64,000 bases of DNA from Candidatus Woesearchaeota archaeon. GTDB taxonomy: Archaea; Nanobdellota; Nanobdellia; Pacearchaeales; GW2011-AR1. Below the pieces are notes generated by a model. The model was not told the DNA's origin and did no database searches. It saw only the letters and a program-made list of their open reading frames with translations. The translations under genes were made by a program, and so were the position numbers. Each line of letters begins with the position of its first letter. Positions within the stretch are counted from its first letter, which is position 1. Positions 10,277 to 19,119 of this stretch are shown here, in pieces. The stretch covers positions 31,348 through 95,347 of the forward strand of contig CAZIFJ010000001.1 in assembly GCA_964538235.1 (NCBI GenBank), in the 5' to 3' direction.

Positions 10277-10745
10277 TTTTAATTACACTCTTTTCACAAA
10301 TCAAAGAGTCATAAAATCTATTTAAGTTTTTATGTGATATTTCTAAACTTGCTGTATTATCATTAGGATGAAAAACACTTACTTCAGCTCCCCATACTTC
10401 AGAATCAACAATAAGTTTTGTATTTTTAGCATAAATCATACAAGATATAGAAACGCTCCCAGGAGTTATGTTTAGTTCTTTTTTTAATTCTTCAATATTT
10501 CCAAATTCTAACTTTCTAACATTTAATTCTTTTTTTAATTTGTTTATATTCAATCTTTTTTCAGCAATCAGACAAATAAGATAAAAATTTCCTTTCTCAT
10601 CTTTCAAAAAAAGACTTTTTGTATGCACACCAGGAATATCTTTTTTTAATTCTTTAGATTCTTTAACAGTAAAAAATGCTTTATGTCTATGAACTTTATA
10701 TTCAATATCGTTTTCTTTCAAATAATTTAATAAATTGTTATCCAT
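10269..10745 (-). CDS. YbaK/ProX-type aminoacyl-tRNA deacylase domain protein
   Basis: HTKSLFLKDEKGNFYLICLIAEKRLNINKL...ITPGSVS...FHPNDNTASLEIS fits the ProX/YbaK consensus. Confidence 0.65.
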   Translation of the reverse strand: MDNNLLNYLKENDIEYKVHRHKAFFTVKESKELKKDIPGVHTKSLFLKDEKGNFYLICLIAEKRLNINKLKKELNVRKLEFGNIEELKKELNITPGSVSISCMIYAKNTKLIVDSEVWGAEVSVFHPNDNTASLEISHKNLNRFYDSLICEKSVIKIE

Positions 10746-11145
10746 TTTTCAATTCTTTGATAATTTTTTTGCATTTCTCTATCGCCTGTTTTGCAGTTTC
10801 ATAATCCATCCTGTTTCCATAATAAGTAAGAGAATTTCTTTTATATCTCAAATCATCAAATAATATGTATAAATCCTCTCTTTTTAGAACATCTTTCAAA
10901 TAATAACCCAAGCAAATATGATTCAAGATGTTGAATCCTTTTTTGAAAGTCATTGCCTGCAATAATTCAAGCAATGAAGTATAATAATCCTCAAATATAA
11001 AATTGCAGTTTTTCTCATTTACTTCTTTAATTAAGTTTATTCTTTCGTTTGCAGTCTCTTTTAAGGATTCTGCTCTTTTTATATCTGGAGCGATAGTTTT
11101 AGATGATTTATTTATTAAGCAATCATTCCAATTTATTTCTTTCAT
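10738..11145 (-). CDS. HEPN-domain protein (putative toxin of a HEPN–MNT pair)
   Basis: 135-aa helical protein immediately downstream of, and overlapping, a minimal nucleotidyltransferase. It is weakly HEPN-like (RYKRNSLTYYG). Confidence 0.5.
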   Translation of the reverse strand: MKEINWNDCLINKSSKTIAPDIKRAESLKETANERINLIKEVNEKNCNFIFEDYYTSLLELLQAMTFKKGFNILNHICLGYYLKDVLKREDLYILFDDLRYKRNSLTYYGNRMDYETAKQAIEKCKKIIKELKNG

Positions 11146-11675
11146 CTGAAAACCTCCATAAACCCATTTAATAAAAATCCATTTATAATATTATTTGCTA
11201 AATGAACATTAGACATTTCATTAAGATTTTTATGTTGGAATATTTGTATTCTTCTTTTAAGAATTTTCTCAAATTTTTCAACGTTTACTTTTTTCTTTGA
11301 AGGAGTCTCTATGTACAAGTCAATATCTCCTTCCTCTGTGTCTTCTCCCCTTAAAAAAGAACCGAAAAGAACTATTGAAGGATTGCTTAATTCCTGTCTT
11401 AGATATTCTATAAGACCCGATTCGTATATATTTTTTATATTGTGGAGTTTTTTTTCTAAGAGATATTTCTCATTGCCCCTATTTACAGTATAGAAATTAA
11501 CATTGCCTGTTTTAATTGTTGTTAAAATGCTTTCCTTTTCAAGTTCTTTACAATATCTTATTACAGAAGGAAGAGGAAGTTTAAGGGTTCTTTCTATCTC
11601 TCTCACTCTAAGTTGGGCAGTAGGATTAACAAAGAAGTATTCCTTGATTGTTTGCCTGATATTTTTATTTTTCAT
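11142..11675 (-). CDS. Minimal nucleotidyltransferase (MNT) with an N-terminal wHTH
   Basis: VLFGSFLRGEDTEEGDIDLYI matches the GS..(D/E).D.D polymerase-beta-type NTase motif. There is an N-terminal HTH. Confidence 0.7.
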   Translation of the reverse strand: MKNKNIRQTIKEYFFVNPTAQLRVREIERTLKLPLPSVIRYCKELEKESILTTIKTGNVNFYTVNRGNEKYLLEKKLHNIKNIYESGLIEYLRQELSNPSIVLFGSFLRGEDTEEGDIDLYIETPSKKKVNVEKFEKILKRRIQIFQHKNLNEMSNVHLANNIINGFLLNGFMEVFR

Positions 11676-11776
11676 TTGATATTATATATTATCAACTGAT
11701 ATTTAAAGTTATCGTTCTTGTTGTTTATGTTTTATTATTATTAAGTATTAGGTTTGGCACTTTGGAAGATATTATA

Positions 11777-11814
11777 ATTGTTGAGAAACTGATAAAACAT
11801 TAAAAAATTATTTT
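11777..11814. repeat. ~38-bp direct repeat, copy 1 (ATTGTTGAGAAACTGATAAAACATTAAAAAATTATTTT)
   Basis: A near-identical copy lies at 13896..13933. Both sit 100–140 bp upstream of minus-strand TA-like operons. Confidence 0.6.
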
Positions 11815-11859
11815 ATATATGACCGAAAACTTTATATTATTAATTATACCATTTAGATT

Positions 11860-12030
11860 ATGGAAAGCTTAGAAAATTTAAGGGAAGAGAACATCCAGCT
11901 AAGAAGAGCTTTGGCTATTTGCATGAATGTTTCTTTTATTAAAAAACTTTCAGAAGCACTAAAAAGAATAAATAATGGAGAATATCTATCAGAAGAAGAA
12001 TTTTTTAACTATTCCTCTCAACAATTTTAA
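11860..12030 (+). CDS. Small ORF (56 aa), antitoxin-like helical peptide
   Basis: MESLENLREENIQLRRALAICMNVSFIKKLSEALKRINNGEYLSEEEFFNYSSQQF. It is below the ORF-track cut-off and lies about 45 bp downstream of a TATA-like box. Confidence 0.25.
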   Translation: MESLENLREENIQLRRALAICMNVSFIKKLSEALKRINNGEYLSEEEFFNYSSQQF

Positions 12031-12704
12031 TCCCTAAAAATTCTTTTATAAAAAAGATTTTCTTTTAGTCCACTGCTGATTTTCTTTAATTCGTAATCCG
12101 TAAGAAGAATAGTAATTCTACCTTCGCATTTTTTTACTATCTCTGCACCTGCTGAAATTCCAGAAATAACAAATATCGAGGGAGAGTTTGCAAAAACTTT
12201 AGTTCTTACATTTTGAATGACGTTTCGCTCATTATCTTCTTTTCTAACAAATAGAACATATTTTTCAATGTCAGTTAATAATTTTAGAATCTTATCCTTA
12301 AAATCTTGAATTGAAGTTAAATTTTCTATTAAAATTCCAATGTATGTATTGAGTAATCCATTTTCAACAAATTGAGCTATGTGTAAACCTCTGACTTCAT
12401 ATTTTTGATGTACCTTGTCTCGCAAATTTTTTCTTCTTTCTAAATTATTCTCTAATCTTCTCAAAGTTAATCCTATTTTTGTCAGAAATAAAATCTCCTC
12501 GTCTTGTATATAAATTTTATAGAAGTTTAGCTCTCCAGAGTTAAGTTGCTCCTTTACTATTTTGATAGTTTCTTCATCTTGTATAAAGGCAAGTTTTTTG
12601 TCTCTAAACTTCTGTGCAAGATTCTTTATAGAACTTAACGACCAATCAAGCAAGCCTTTAGCCACACCAGTTGTAGCTTTTTCAACAATATCATCATATC
12701 CCAT
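12027..12704 (-). CDS. Hypothetical protein (225 aa), downstream partner of an overlapping two-gene module
   Basis: Good ORF overlapping the 3' end of the upstream 80-aa ORF by 11 bp. No family was recognised. Confidence 0.5.
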   Translation of the reverse strand: MGYDDIVEKATTGVAKGLLDWSLSSIKNLAQKFRDKKLAFIQDEETIKIVKEQLNSGELNFYKIYIQDEEILFLTKIGLTLRRLENNLERRKNLRDKVHQKYEVRGLHIAQFVENGLLNTYIGILIENLTSIQDFKDKILKLLTDIEKYVLFVRKEDNERNVIQNVRTKVFANSPSIFVISGISAGAEIVKKCEGRITILLTDYELKKISSGLKENLFYKRIFRD

Positions 12705-12936
12705 CCGGAAATTCCTCTAAGTACTTAGAGAGGCTAATTTCATTATCATCTAAAATTATAGTGCTTCCTGGAAGTATAACCATATTTTCTATTCTTACAG
12801 GAATTTCTAAATATTTATCTATGACTCTGGTTTTATCATTATTCAATACAAATTCTCCATCCGAGTCATAACCGAGTTCTTTCAAAAGTAAAGTTTTAGA
12901 TTCCTTAGAAATGTTTTTCAATGATATAAGTTCCAT
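12694..12936 (-). CDS. Hypothetical small protein (80 aa), upstream partner
   Basis: 80-aa ORF overlapping the next gene. The small-then-large architecture is toxin-antitoxin-like. Confidence 0.4.
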   Translation of the reverse strand: MELISLKNISKESKTLLLKELGYDSDGEFVLNNDKTRVIDKYLEIPVRIENMVILPGSTIILDDNEISLSKYLEEFPDGI

Positions 12937-12997
12937 TTGATACGCCTCATAAACGATATAACAATCAAAGTTTATAAACTTAATTTTTGTCTAGTCC

Positions 12998-13205
12998 TTA
13001 TTTCAAACTCTCCTCAATAATCTTAATTTCTTCTTCATTCAATCCATATAACTTATACACTTCTTTATCAATTTCATAATCAATATTCTTTATCTGTTGC
13101 TCCAATCTTTCTTTTTCGTTCCCTGTTGGATTTGTTTCGTGAAGTTGTTTTTGAAGCGAGAGCATTTTATCAACGAGAGAAACTATTTTTTGTTCTTGTT
13201 TGGAA
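12998..13205 (-). pseudogene. Orphan C-terminal fragment (~68 codons) paralogous to the 3' end of the type IIG RM gene
   Basis: About 90% nucleotide identity to 14534..14741. It encodes ...KIVSLVDKMLSLQKQLHETNPTGNEKERLEQQIKNIDYEIDKEVYKLYGLNEEEIKIIEESLK*. There is no upstream body or start. Confidence 0.6.
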
Positions 13206-13305
13206 GTTGCGGAATAGAAATTACCTTCAAATAAATAATAAATGCCATAGTATAAACAAAGTGTATAAATTTAAATAGATATTTTATGAATTAATTTAAA
13301 TAAAA

Positions 13306-13536
13306 ATGGTGACTAAAATACAATATATGAAGCTAAAGAATATTAAATCAAAAGAGGTATTAAAAATCCTTCAAAGGCAAGGATTTGAAATCAAGAGGCA
13401 ATCAGGAACTCATGTGATTTTAAGAAAAGAGAACAAAACAGTTGTTGTTCCGATACATCGTGAAGTAATGCCAATTGGGACGCTAAAAAGTATAGAAAAA
13501 CAATCAGGAATTGATTTTAGAGAAATACTCTCGTAA
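13306..13536 (+). CDS. hicA: HicA-family mRNA interferase toxin
   Basis: KEVLKILQRQGFEIKRQSGTHVILRKENKTVVVPIHREVMPIGTLKSIEKQSGI fits the YcfA/HicA consensus. Confidence 0.8.
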   Translation: MVTKIQYMKLKNIKSKEVLKILQRQGFEIKRQSGTHVILRKENKTVVVPIHREVMPIGTLKSIEKQSGIDFREILS

Positions 13537-13759
13537 CAAGTACAGGTTCTTCTTTTTTTAATAACTCTCTCTTTTCAGGAACTTCTTCCAACAAAAGAGA
13601 AATACCCATCTTTAAATTATTCAAAGATTCATCAACAGTATCCCCAAAATCACTAATACCTAATTCTACACAATTGGCTACAAAAACATTTTTTCCCTCT
13701 AATTCTTCCTCATGCAAGGTAGCCGAAAAAGCTATTTTTTCTTCCATAAAAATAATCAC
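13517..13759 (-). CDS. hicB: HicB-like (UPF0150) antitoxin N-domain protein
   Basis: FSATLHEEELEGKNVFVANCVELGISDFGDTVDESLNNLKMGISLLLEE fits the HicB RNase-H-like fold pattern. It has no C-terminal DNA-binding domain and converges on hicA with a 20-bp 3' overlap. Confidence 0.55.
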   Translation of the reverse strand: MIIFMEEKIAFSATLHEEELEGKNVFVANCVELGISDFGDTVDESLNNLKMGISLLLEEVPEKRELLKKEEPVLVTRVFL

Positions 13760-13895
13760 TTTTTGAACTATTTAAAACTTATGGGATTTCAGTGGTTTTG
13801 GTTTTTAGGATTATTTAGTTTATTTTTTGGCACATTTTTATATTTTATAATCTCGTCAAAGATTTTTTAATTGGATATATTAATCAGAGGTTATG

Positions 13896-13933
13896 ATTGT
13901 TGAGAAACTGATAAAGCAATTAAATAAATTTTT
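13896..13933. repeat. ~38-bp direct repeat, copy 2 (ATTGTTGAGAAACTGATAAAGCAATTAAATAAATTTTT)
   Basis: Matches 11777..11814 with about 5 mismatches. Confidence 0.6.
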
Positions 13934-13946
13934 GTTTTAAATAAAA

Positions 13947-14537
13947 TTATTTTTTATTAATAATCTCATCATAGCTTCTCAACCAATTTCCAAATAAAAA
14001 CTTTCTAATTATTTCTAAGAAATTTCCTCCATCGCTCTTTGGTCTTGAGATCCAATTATATAAAACCATTAAAAATAAAATTAAAGAAATAATGAATACA
14101 ACTGGAGCTAAAAATATAATCTGCTCTCCATATGTTTCAAGAGAGTTTCTGTCCAAAATAAACCAAAAAAGATAAACATACATTAAAAATATAAGTATCA
14201 AAATTATTTCTGCAAGCCATTCAGTTCTGAAAAAAGGCAATCTTCCTATTTCATTTTTTAAATCAGGCCCCTTTATTCCATTATCAAATATTTTATACAT
14301 TAAACTTTTTTTCTGTCCCAAAGATTCTATCATAAGAATACAATAGAATAAAACAAAAAGTCCCAAAATCGACATAATAAAATACATTGGTCCCAGATTG
14401 GATTTAGAAGGCCATACCTTAAATAAAATCCATAAAGAAAAAGCAACTCCTACTGAAAAAACTGTCCAAATAAGAAAGTTACAATTTTCTGCCGAATCTC
14501 TGATTTTTTCATATTTCAACATTATTTCTTTATTCAT
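13947..14537 (-). CDS. Four-TM membrane protein, translationally coupled downstream of the RM gene
   Basis: Its start overlaps the RM stop by 4 bp. There are multiple hydrophobic helices. Confidence 0.5.
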   Translation of the reverse strand: MNKEIMLKYEKIRDSAENCNFLIWTVFSVGVAFSLWILFKVWPSKSNLGPMYFIMSILGLFVLFYCILMIESLGQKKSLMYKIFDNGIKGPDLKNEIGRLPFFRTEWLAEIILILIFLMYVYLFWFILDRNSLETYGEQIIFLAPVVFIISLILFLMVLYNWISRPKSDGGNFLEIIRKFLFGNWLRSYDEIINKK

Positions 14538-17503
14538 TTCAAACTCTCCTCAACAATTTTAATCTCTTCATCATTTAACCCATATAACTTATACACTTCT
14601 TCATCAATTTCATAATCAATATTTTTTATCTGTTGCTCTAATCTTTCTTTTTCGTTCCCAGTTGGATTTGTTTCGTGAAGTTGTTTTTGAAGCGAGAGCA
14701 TTTTATCAACTAAAGAAACTATTTTTTGTTCTTGTGATTTTTTCGGGAGACAGATTGGAAATTTCTCAATGAATCTTTTTGCATAAGAATAGTATCCTCC
14801 CCTAAATCTCGTGCTAATGTTTTTTAAATAAAATTCTAAAGTTTTGGAATTAAGTAATCCAAGAAGCAGTTTATATTTTTCTTTAAATTCTTCTTTCAAA
14901 ATTATTCCATAACCTCCAGCATTTCCACCCCCGACAAAATAATATTCTCCATTTTCATCCAACACAAATTTGTTTGAATTAGAAAGAACTTGCGTCATAA
15001 TCTTTTTCTTCTTAAATTTATCAATGTTTTGCGTTCTACCAAACTTATACCAATTTTTATCTTCGTTAAATCTGTTTTCTTCTCTCGATTTAAGTTCTTT
15101 CTCATAATCTTTCAAGTAATGATAAAAATTTGGATATTTTGATTTTATAATATCTAATTGAATTAAACTGGCTTTATCTTGGGATAGATCATAAGGATAA
15201 AGAACAGAATATCCTTCCCAATTTACAGACCATTTTCTTATTTCTTTTCCCTTAAGTAACTTTTTAATAATGCTTTTTTCAATTTTATATTCTTTATCCT
15301 TCAGATTATTTTTTACAATAAAATTATCTCTTTCTTCTTTAATTATTTTAACAAAATAATATCTATCTGCTCCAGTAATCATTCCCTGAAAAATTGCTTC
15401 AGCGATATTATTTAATCTCAAATCTATTTTGTCAAATTTTTGAAATATTTGAGAGCTATTTCCATCTGAAAAACTCCAAGTTAAATCTGAAACAGGTATT
15501 TTCTGCTCAAAACAAATTAAATTATCTTTGTTTAAAATTCCTTTATTTAACTTCATTAAATTTTTAGGAGTACAATAAAAAAATCGTGTATTATCTTCTT
15601 TATCCAAGAACAACAAGCAAGTATATGTTGTTGCATTTTCAAAAATTTGGTAATCTTTAAAATCTACTATTTCTTTAATTGCCTTATTTTTAGATATATA
15701 ATTTCTTAGATTTTTTCCATAATCTGCACTAAAGAATTTATTAGGCAATATATAACCCAATCTCCCATTTTCTTTCAATATTTTGTGACCCCTTTCTACA
15801 AATAAAATATAAATGTCATAATTCTTTTCTGGAGACTCATACATTTTATTAAAATAATCAACATCTTTTTTATTTAATGTTTGTATTCTAACATAAGGAG
15901 GATTCCCAATCACAACATCAAAACCTCCATTTCTAAAAACATCTGGAAATTGTGCGTGCCAATTAAACGCTTTGTCGCCTGCGATTTTGCTGTCGTCAAT
16001 TAAAGAATTTCCATTTTTTATATTATCTCGTAAGTTAGGTAGAAGGCGTTTATGAGTGTCTGGTGTTTCTTCTTCTAATATTTTCAATAATAAATTAAGC
16101 TGTGCTAACTCAACAGCTTTCTCATCTAAATCAACTCCATAAATACAATTTGACATAATAGATGCTTTTTGCCCCAAAGTAAGTCTATCTTTATAGAATT
16201 GGAATTGCGTGCTTTTTGCTTTCTCACCGCTTTTCAATTTTTGCTCAATTGTATTGCATAATTCTTGAAAAGCGCTCATAAGAAAACTCCCGCTTCCGCA
16301 AGCAGGGTCAACAATATTTACTTCTAAAATTTCATCAATTGTTTTATTTTTAATATATTCTCCTACTGTGTTCTTAACAATATAATCTACAATATAAGAA
16401 GGAGTATAATAAATTCCCATCTTTTTTCTCTTCCCAGTTTCAGATTCTAATTTAACTCTTTTCTCAGTGCTCTGAAGAATTGTTCCAAGATATTGTTCAT
16501 AGATGGTGCCCAATAAATCGCCAGGAATTTCATCAAACATATATCTTTCTTGAAAATCTTTTTTTCCAAAATACAAAATTCTAATAACTTCTTGAAGAGT
16601 ATTATCGTCAAAAAAGATATTTTTCTCATCTTCTAAAATACTTTTAGCGAATAATTTTGAATTATATTGTTTGTCAAAAATCAAAAATTGCTCTTCTAAA
16701 ATATCCCATATTCTCTTATGGATTCTCCCTTCTCTAAAATCTTTTACAATGCCTAAAAGAAAGTTTTTGTTTTCTAAACCTCTATCTTCAACAGAACGCA
16801 TAAAAATTAATCTATCTATTAAAATTTGAACAGCTTCGTCTATTTGTTCCTGCGATAAATATGCTCTTAATTTTTTTATGTCCTTTGAAAGCAATTCTCT
16901 AATATATAATAAATCTTCTAAAATACTTTCATCAATCGGCTTTGAAGCTTTCTCGTCTTTTTTAGAAAGTAATTCATAAATTTTTCCGTTTTCAAAACTT
17001 TCTTTTGATAACAACCAAAGCTTATCAAAATTATCTAAAAATTGCTCAAAAACCAATCTAAAATAACTTTCTCCAAGTTTTAATAAATTTTTGTCTATAT
17101 TTTTAATGTTAGTTAATGCATGGTATACTCTAATTTCTTTAAAATTAATTAAAACTGCAAATTTAATTTTTCTGTGATAAGCATAAGAAACCGCTTGTCT
17201 TCCTTCATCTTCGCTTAAACGAACAGAGGTTTTCTTAGCTTCAATAACTAATACTTCTTCGTTTCCAATTTTTAAAATATAATCTGCTCTTCCTTTCAAA
17301 ATACGAGTTTCTTTTTCAATGTCTTGCCTTTCCCACCCTAAAAGTTCAAACAATGGCTCAACATAATTCCACTTTACCCACTCTTCATTTTGGCTGTCAA
17401 TATAATCTTTATTTTTACTAGCTTGAGAAAACTGCTCAATTAATTCCTTCAACTTCTTCCTTGCTTGTTCTTTTGTCACCATATATTTCATAAAATAATT
17501 CAT
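14534..17503 (-). CDS. Type IIG restriction-modification enzyme (N-terminal PD-(D/E)xK nuclease, gamma-class N6-adenine MTase, C-terminal TRD)
   Basis: 989 aa. It has GRADYIL...VIEAKK (nuclease), VDPACGSGSFL (SAM motif I) and VIGNPPY (motif IV). Confidence 0.85.
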   Translation of the reverse strand: MNYFMKYMVTKEQARKKLKELIEQFSQASKNKDYIDSQNEEWVKWNYVEPLFELLGWERQDIEKETRILKGRADYILKIGNEEVLVIEAKKTSVRLSEDEGRQAVSYAYHRKIKFAVLINFKEIRVYHALTNIKNIDKNLLKLGESYFRLVFEQFLDNFDKLWLLSKESFENGKIYELLSKKDEKASKPIDESILEDLLYIRELLSKDIKKLRAYLSQEQIDEAVQILIDRLIFMRSVEDRGLENKNFLLGIVKDFREGRIHKRIWDILEEQFLIFDKQYNSKLFAKSILEDEKNIFFDDNTLQEVIRILYFGKKDFQERYMFDEIPGDLLGTIYEQYLGTILQSTEKRVKLESETGKRKKMGIYYTPSYIVDYIVKNTVGEYIKNKTIDEILEVNIVDPACGSGSFLMSAFQELCNTIEQKLKSGEKAKSTQFQFYKDRLTLGQKASIMSNCIYGVDLDEKAVELAQLNLLLKILEEETPDTHKRLLPNLRDNIKNGNSLIDDSKIAGDKAFNWHAQFPDVFRNGGFDVVIGNPPYVRIQTLNKKDVDYFNKMYESPEKNYDIYILFVERGHKILKENGRLGYILPNKFFSADYGKNLRNYISKNKAIKEIVDFKDYQIFENATTYTCLLFLDKEDNTRFFYCTPKNLMKLNKGILNKDNLICFEQKIPVSDLTWSFSDGNSSQIFQKFDKIDLRLNNIAEAIFQGMITGADRYYFVKIIKEERDNFIVKNNLKDKEYKIEKSIIKKLLKGKEIRKWSVNWEGYSVLYPYDLSQDKASLIQLDIIKSKYPNFYHYLKDYEKELKSREENRFNEDKNWYKFGRTQNIDKFKKKKIMTQVLSNSNKFVLDENGEYYFVGGGNAGGYGIILKEEFKEKYKLLLGLLNSKTLEFYLKNISTRFRGGYYSYAKRFIEKFPICLPKKSQEQKIVSLVDKMLSLQKQLHETNPTGNEKERLEQQIKNIDYEIDEEVYKLYGLNDEEIKIVEESLK

Positions 17504-17540
17504 ATTTATAGATTTGTCTTATTGATTAAACTTTCTTAAT

Positions 17541-17652
17541 GTCACGAACGTTAAAACCTCGCCTTTTAAGGCGAGGCGTTCGTGAGCATCCAAAAAACAA
17601 GCACCGAACAAACCACGGCTTTTAAGTCGTGGTGGTGCATTGTTTTTTTGAT
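17541..17652 (+). repeat. GC-rich composite hairpin element, copy 1 (hairpin A + spacer + hairpin B + T7)
   Basis: Hairpin A is GTCACGAACG-TTAAAA-CCTCGCC-TTTTAA-GGCGAGG-CGTTCGTGAGC, then ATCCAAAAAACAA, then hairpin B GCACC-GAACAAA-CCACGGC-TTTTAA-GTCGTGG-T-GGTGC, then ATTGTTTTTTTGAT. It is repeated at 24950 and 56796. Confidence 0.75.
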
Positions 17653-17689
17653 ACAAACAATTTATAAATTTATTAAATCAATAAATTAA

Positions 17690-18646
17690 ATGAAAAAAGA
17701 ATCAAATACAGAGACTTATGATTTTATTATAATTGGCGCAGGTGTAACTGGCTTAGCTTCAGCAATGTATTCGGCAAGGTTGGGAATGAAAACTTTATGC
17801 CTTGGAGCTAGCTTTGGCTCAGAATTGCCCTTAGGAGGAGTTATAACAACAACAAATATTGTTGAAAATTACCCAGGTTTTATAAAATTAACAGGAACAC
17901 AATTAGCAGAAGAAATAAAAAAACACACAGAATCTTATGATTTAGTTTCATTAAAAGAAGAAAAAGTTTTAGAGATAAAAAAAATAAAAAATAATTTTAT
18001 TGTTAAAACAGAAGAGAGTGAATACAAGGGTCTATCAATTTTATTTGCAACAGGAACAAAGTGGAAAAAATTAGAAGTTCCTGGAAGCCAGGAATTTGAA
18101 AATCTCGGTGTCGCATATTGTGCTTTGTGCGACGCTCCTTTATTTAAGGGAAAGGTGGTTACAGTTGTTGGAGGTTCAGATTCAGCCGCAAAAGACGCAT
18201 TAGTTTTAGCAGAGCATGCAAAAAAAGTTTTTATGATTTATCGAGGAGAAAACATCCGTCCTGAGCCAATAAACCTAAAGAGAATTCAGTCAAATAAAAA
18301 AATTGAAATTATAAATAAAACAAATATTTTAGAAATAAAAGGAAAAGATTTCGTCACTTCTGTTATTTTAGACAAACCTTATAACAATTCTAAAGAATTA
18401 AAACTAGATGGAGTTTTTGTCGCAATAGGACATATTCCTTTATCAGATTTAGCAAAATCTATTGGAGTTAAAACAGATTCAAAAGATGAAATAGTTATAG
18501 ACCATAAAACCTCAGAAACAAATGTTTCAGGAGTTTTTGCCGCAGGCGATGTAACAGACAAACTTTTCAAACAAGCGATTACAGGAGTCGCCGATGGTTG
18601 CACAGCCGCCTATTCAGCGTTTGAGTACATAAATAAATTTTCTTAA
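17690..18646 (+). CDS. trxB: Thioredoxin-disulfide reductase-like flavoprotein
   Basis: FAD motif GAGVTGLASA, redox CALC, and a second Rossmann VVGGSDSAA. 318 aa. Confidence 0.8.
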   Translation: MKKESNTETYDFIIIGAGVTGLASAMYSARLGMKTLCLGASFGSELPLGGVITTTNIVENYPGFIKLTGTQLAEEIKKHTESYDLVSLKEEKVLEIKKIKNNFIVKTEESEYKGLSILFATGTKWKKLEVPGSQEFENLGVAYCALCDAPLFKGKVVTVVGGSDSAAKDALVLAEHAKKVFMIYRGENIRPEPINLKRIQSNKKIEIINKTNILEIKGKDFVTSVILDKPYNNSKELKLDGVFVAIGHIPLSDLAKSIGVKTDSKDEIVIDHKTSETNVSGVFAAGDVTDKLFKQAITGVADGCTAAYSAFEYINKFS

Positions 18647-18680
18647 TTAAGTTTTTAAAATGCAAATTCTTATCTATAAA

Positions 18681-19118
18681 ATGAATGAAAGAGGAATATC
18701 TCCTGTTATAGCTACTGTGCTTTTAGTTTCAATGGCAGTTGTCTTAGCTTTAATAGTTTTGTTTTGGGCAAGAGGTTTTATCTCCGAAGAAATTCAAAAA
18801 AGAGGAGAGCCAATACAAAATTCTTGCGAAGAAATAGATTTTGTAGCAGAAATTTCAGATTTTAATTTAAAAGTTATAAATAAAGGAAATGTTGCAATTT
18901 ATGGAATAGAAGTAAAAAAGAAAGACTTTGGTTCTATTTCAAATTTAGATAATCAAGATAAACAAATTCCGCCAGGAGAAACATCTGAAGAAATTTCTAT
19001 CACAGGATTATCATCTGGAGACAATGTTATTGTTGTTCCTAAAATTCTTGGAGAAAAAGATGATAAAAAAATTTCATTCACTTGCGATATTGAATTTGGA
19101 TATCCAATAAAAGTATAA
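18681..19118 (+). CDS. Archaeal type IV pilin (class III signal peptide)
   Basis: MNERGISPVIATVLLVSMAVVLALIV matches the archaeal pilin N-terminal consensus. The ORF track starts 21 nt upstream. Confidence 0.7.
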   Translation: MNERGISPVIATVLLVSMAVVLALIVLFWARGFISEEIQKRGEPIQNSCEEIDFVAEISDFNLKVINKGNVAIYGIEVKKKDFGSISNLDNQDKQIPPGETSEEISITGLSSGDNVIVVPKILGEKDDKKISFTCDIEFGYPIKV

Positions 19119-19119
19119 A

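Noticed and set aside
16447-16629. 60-aa ORF inside the RM gene
   Set aside because: It is embedded in the same-strand RM ORF in another frame.
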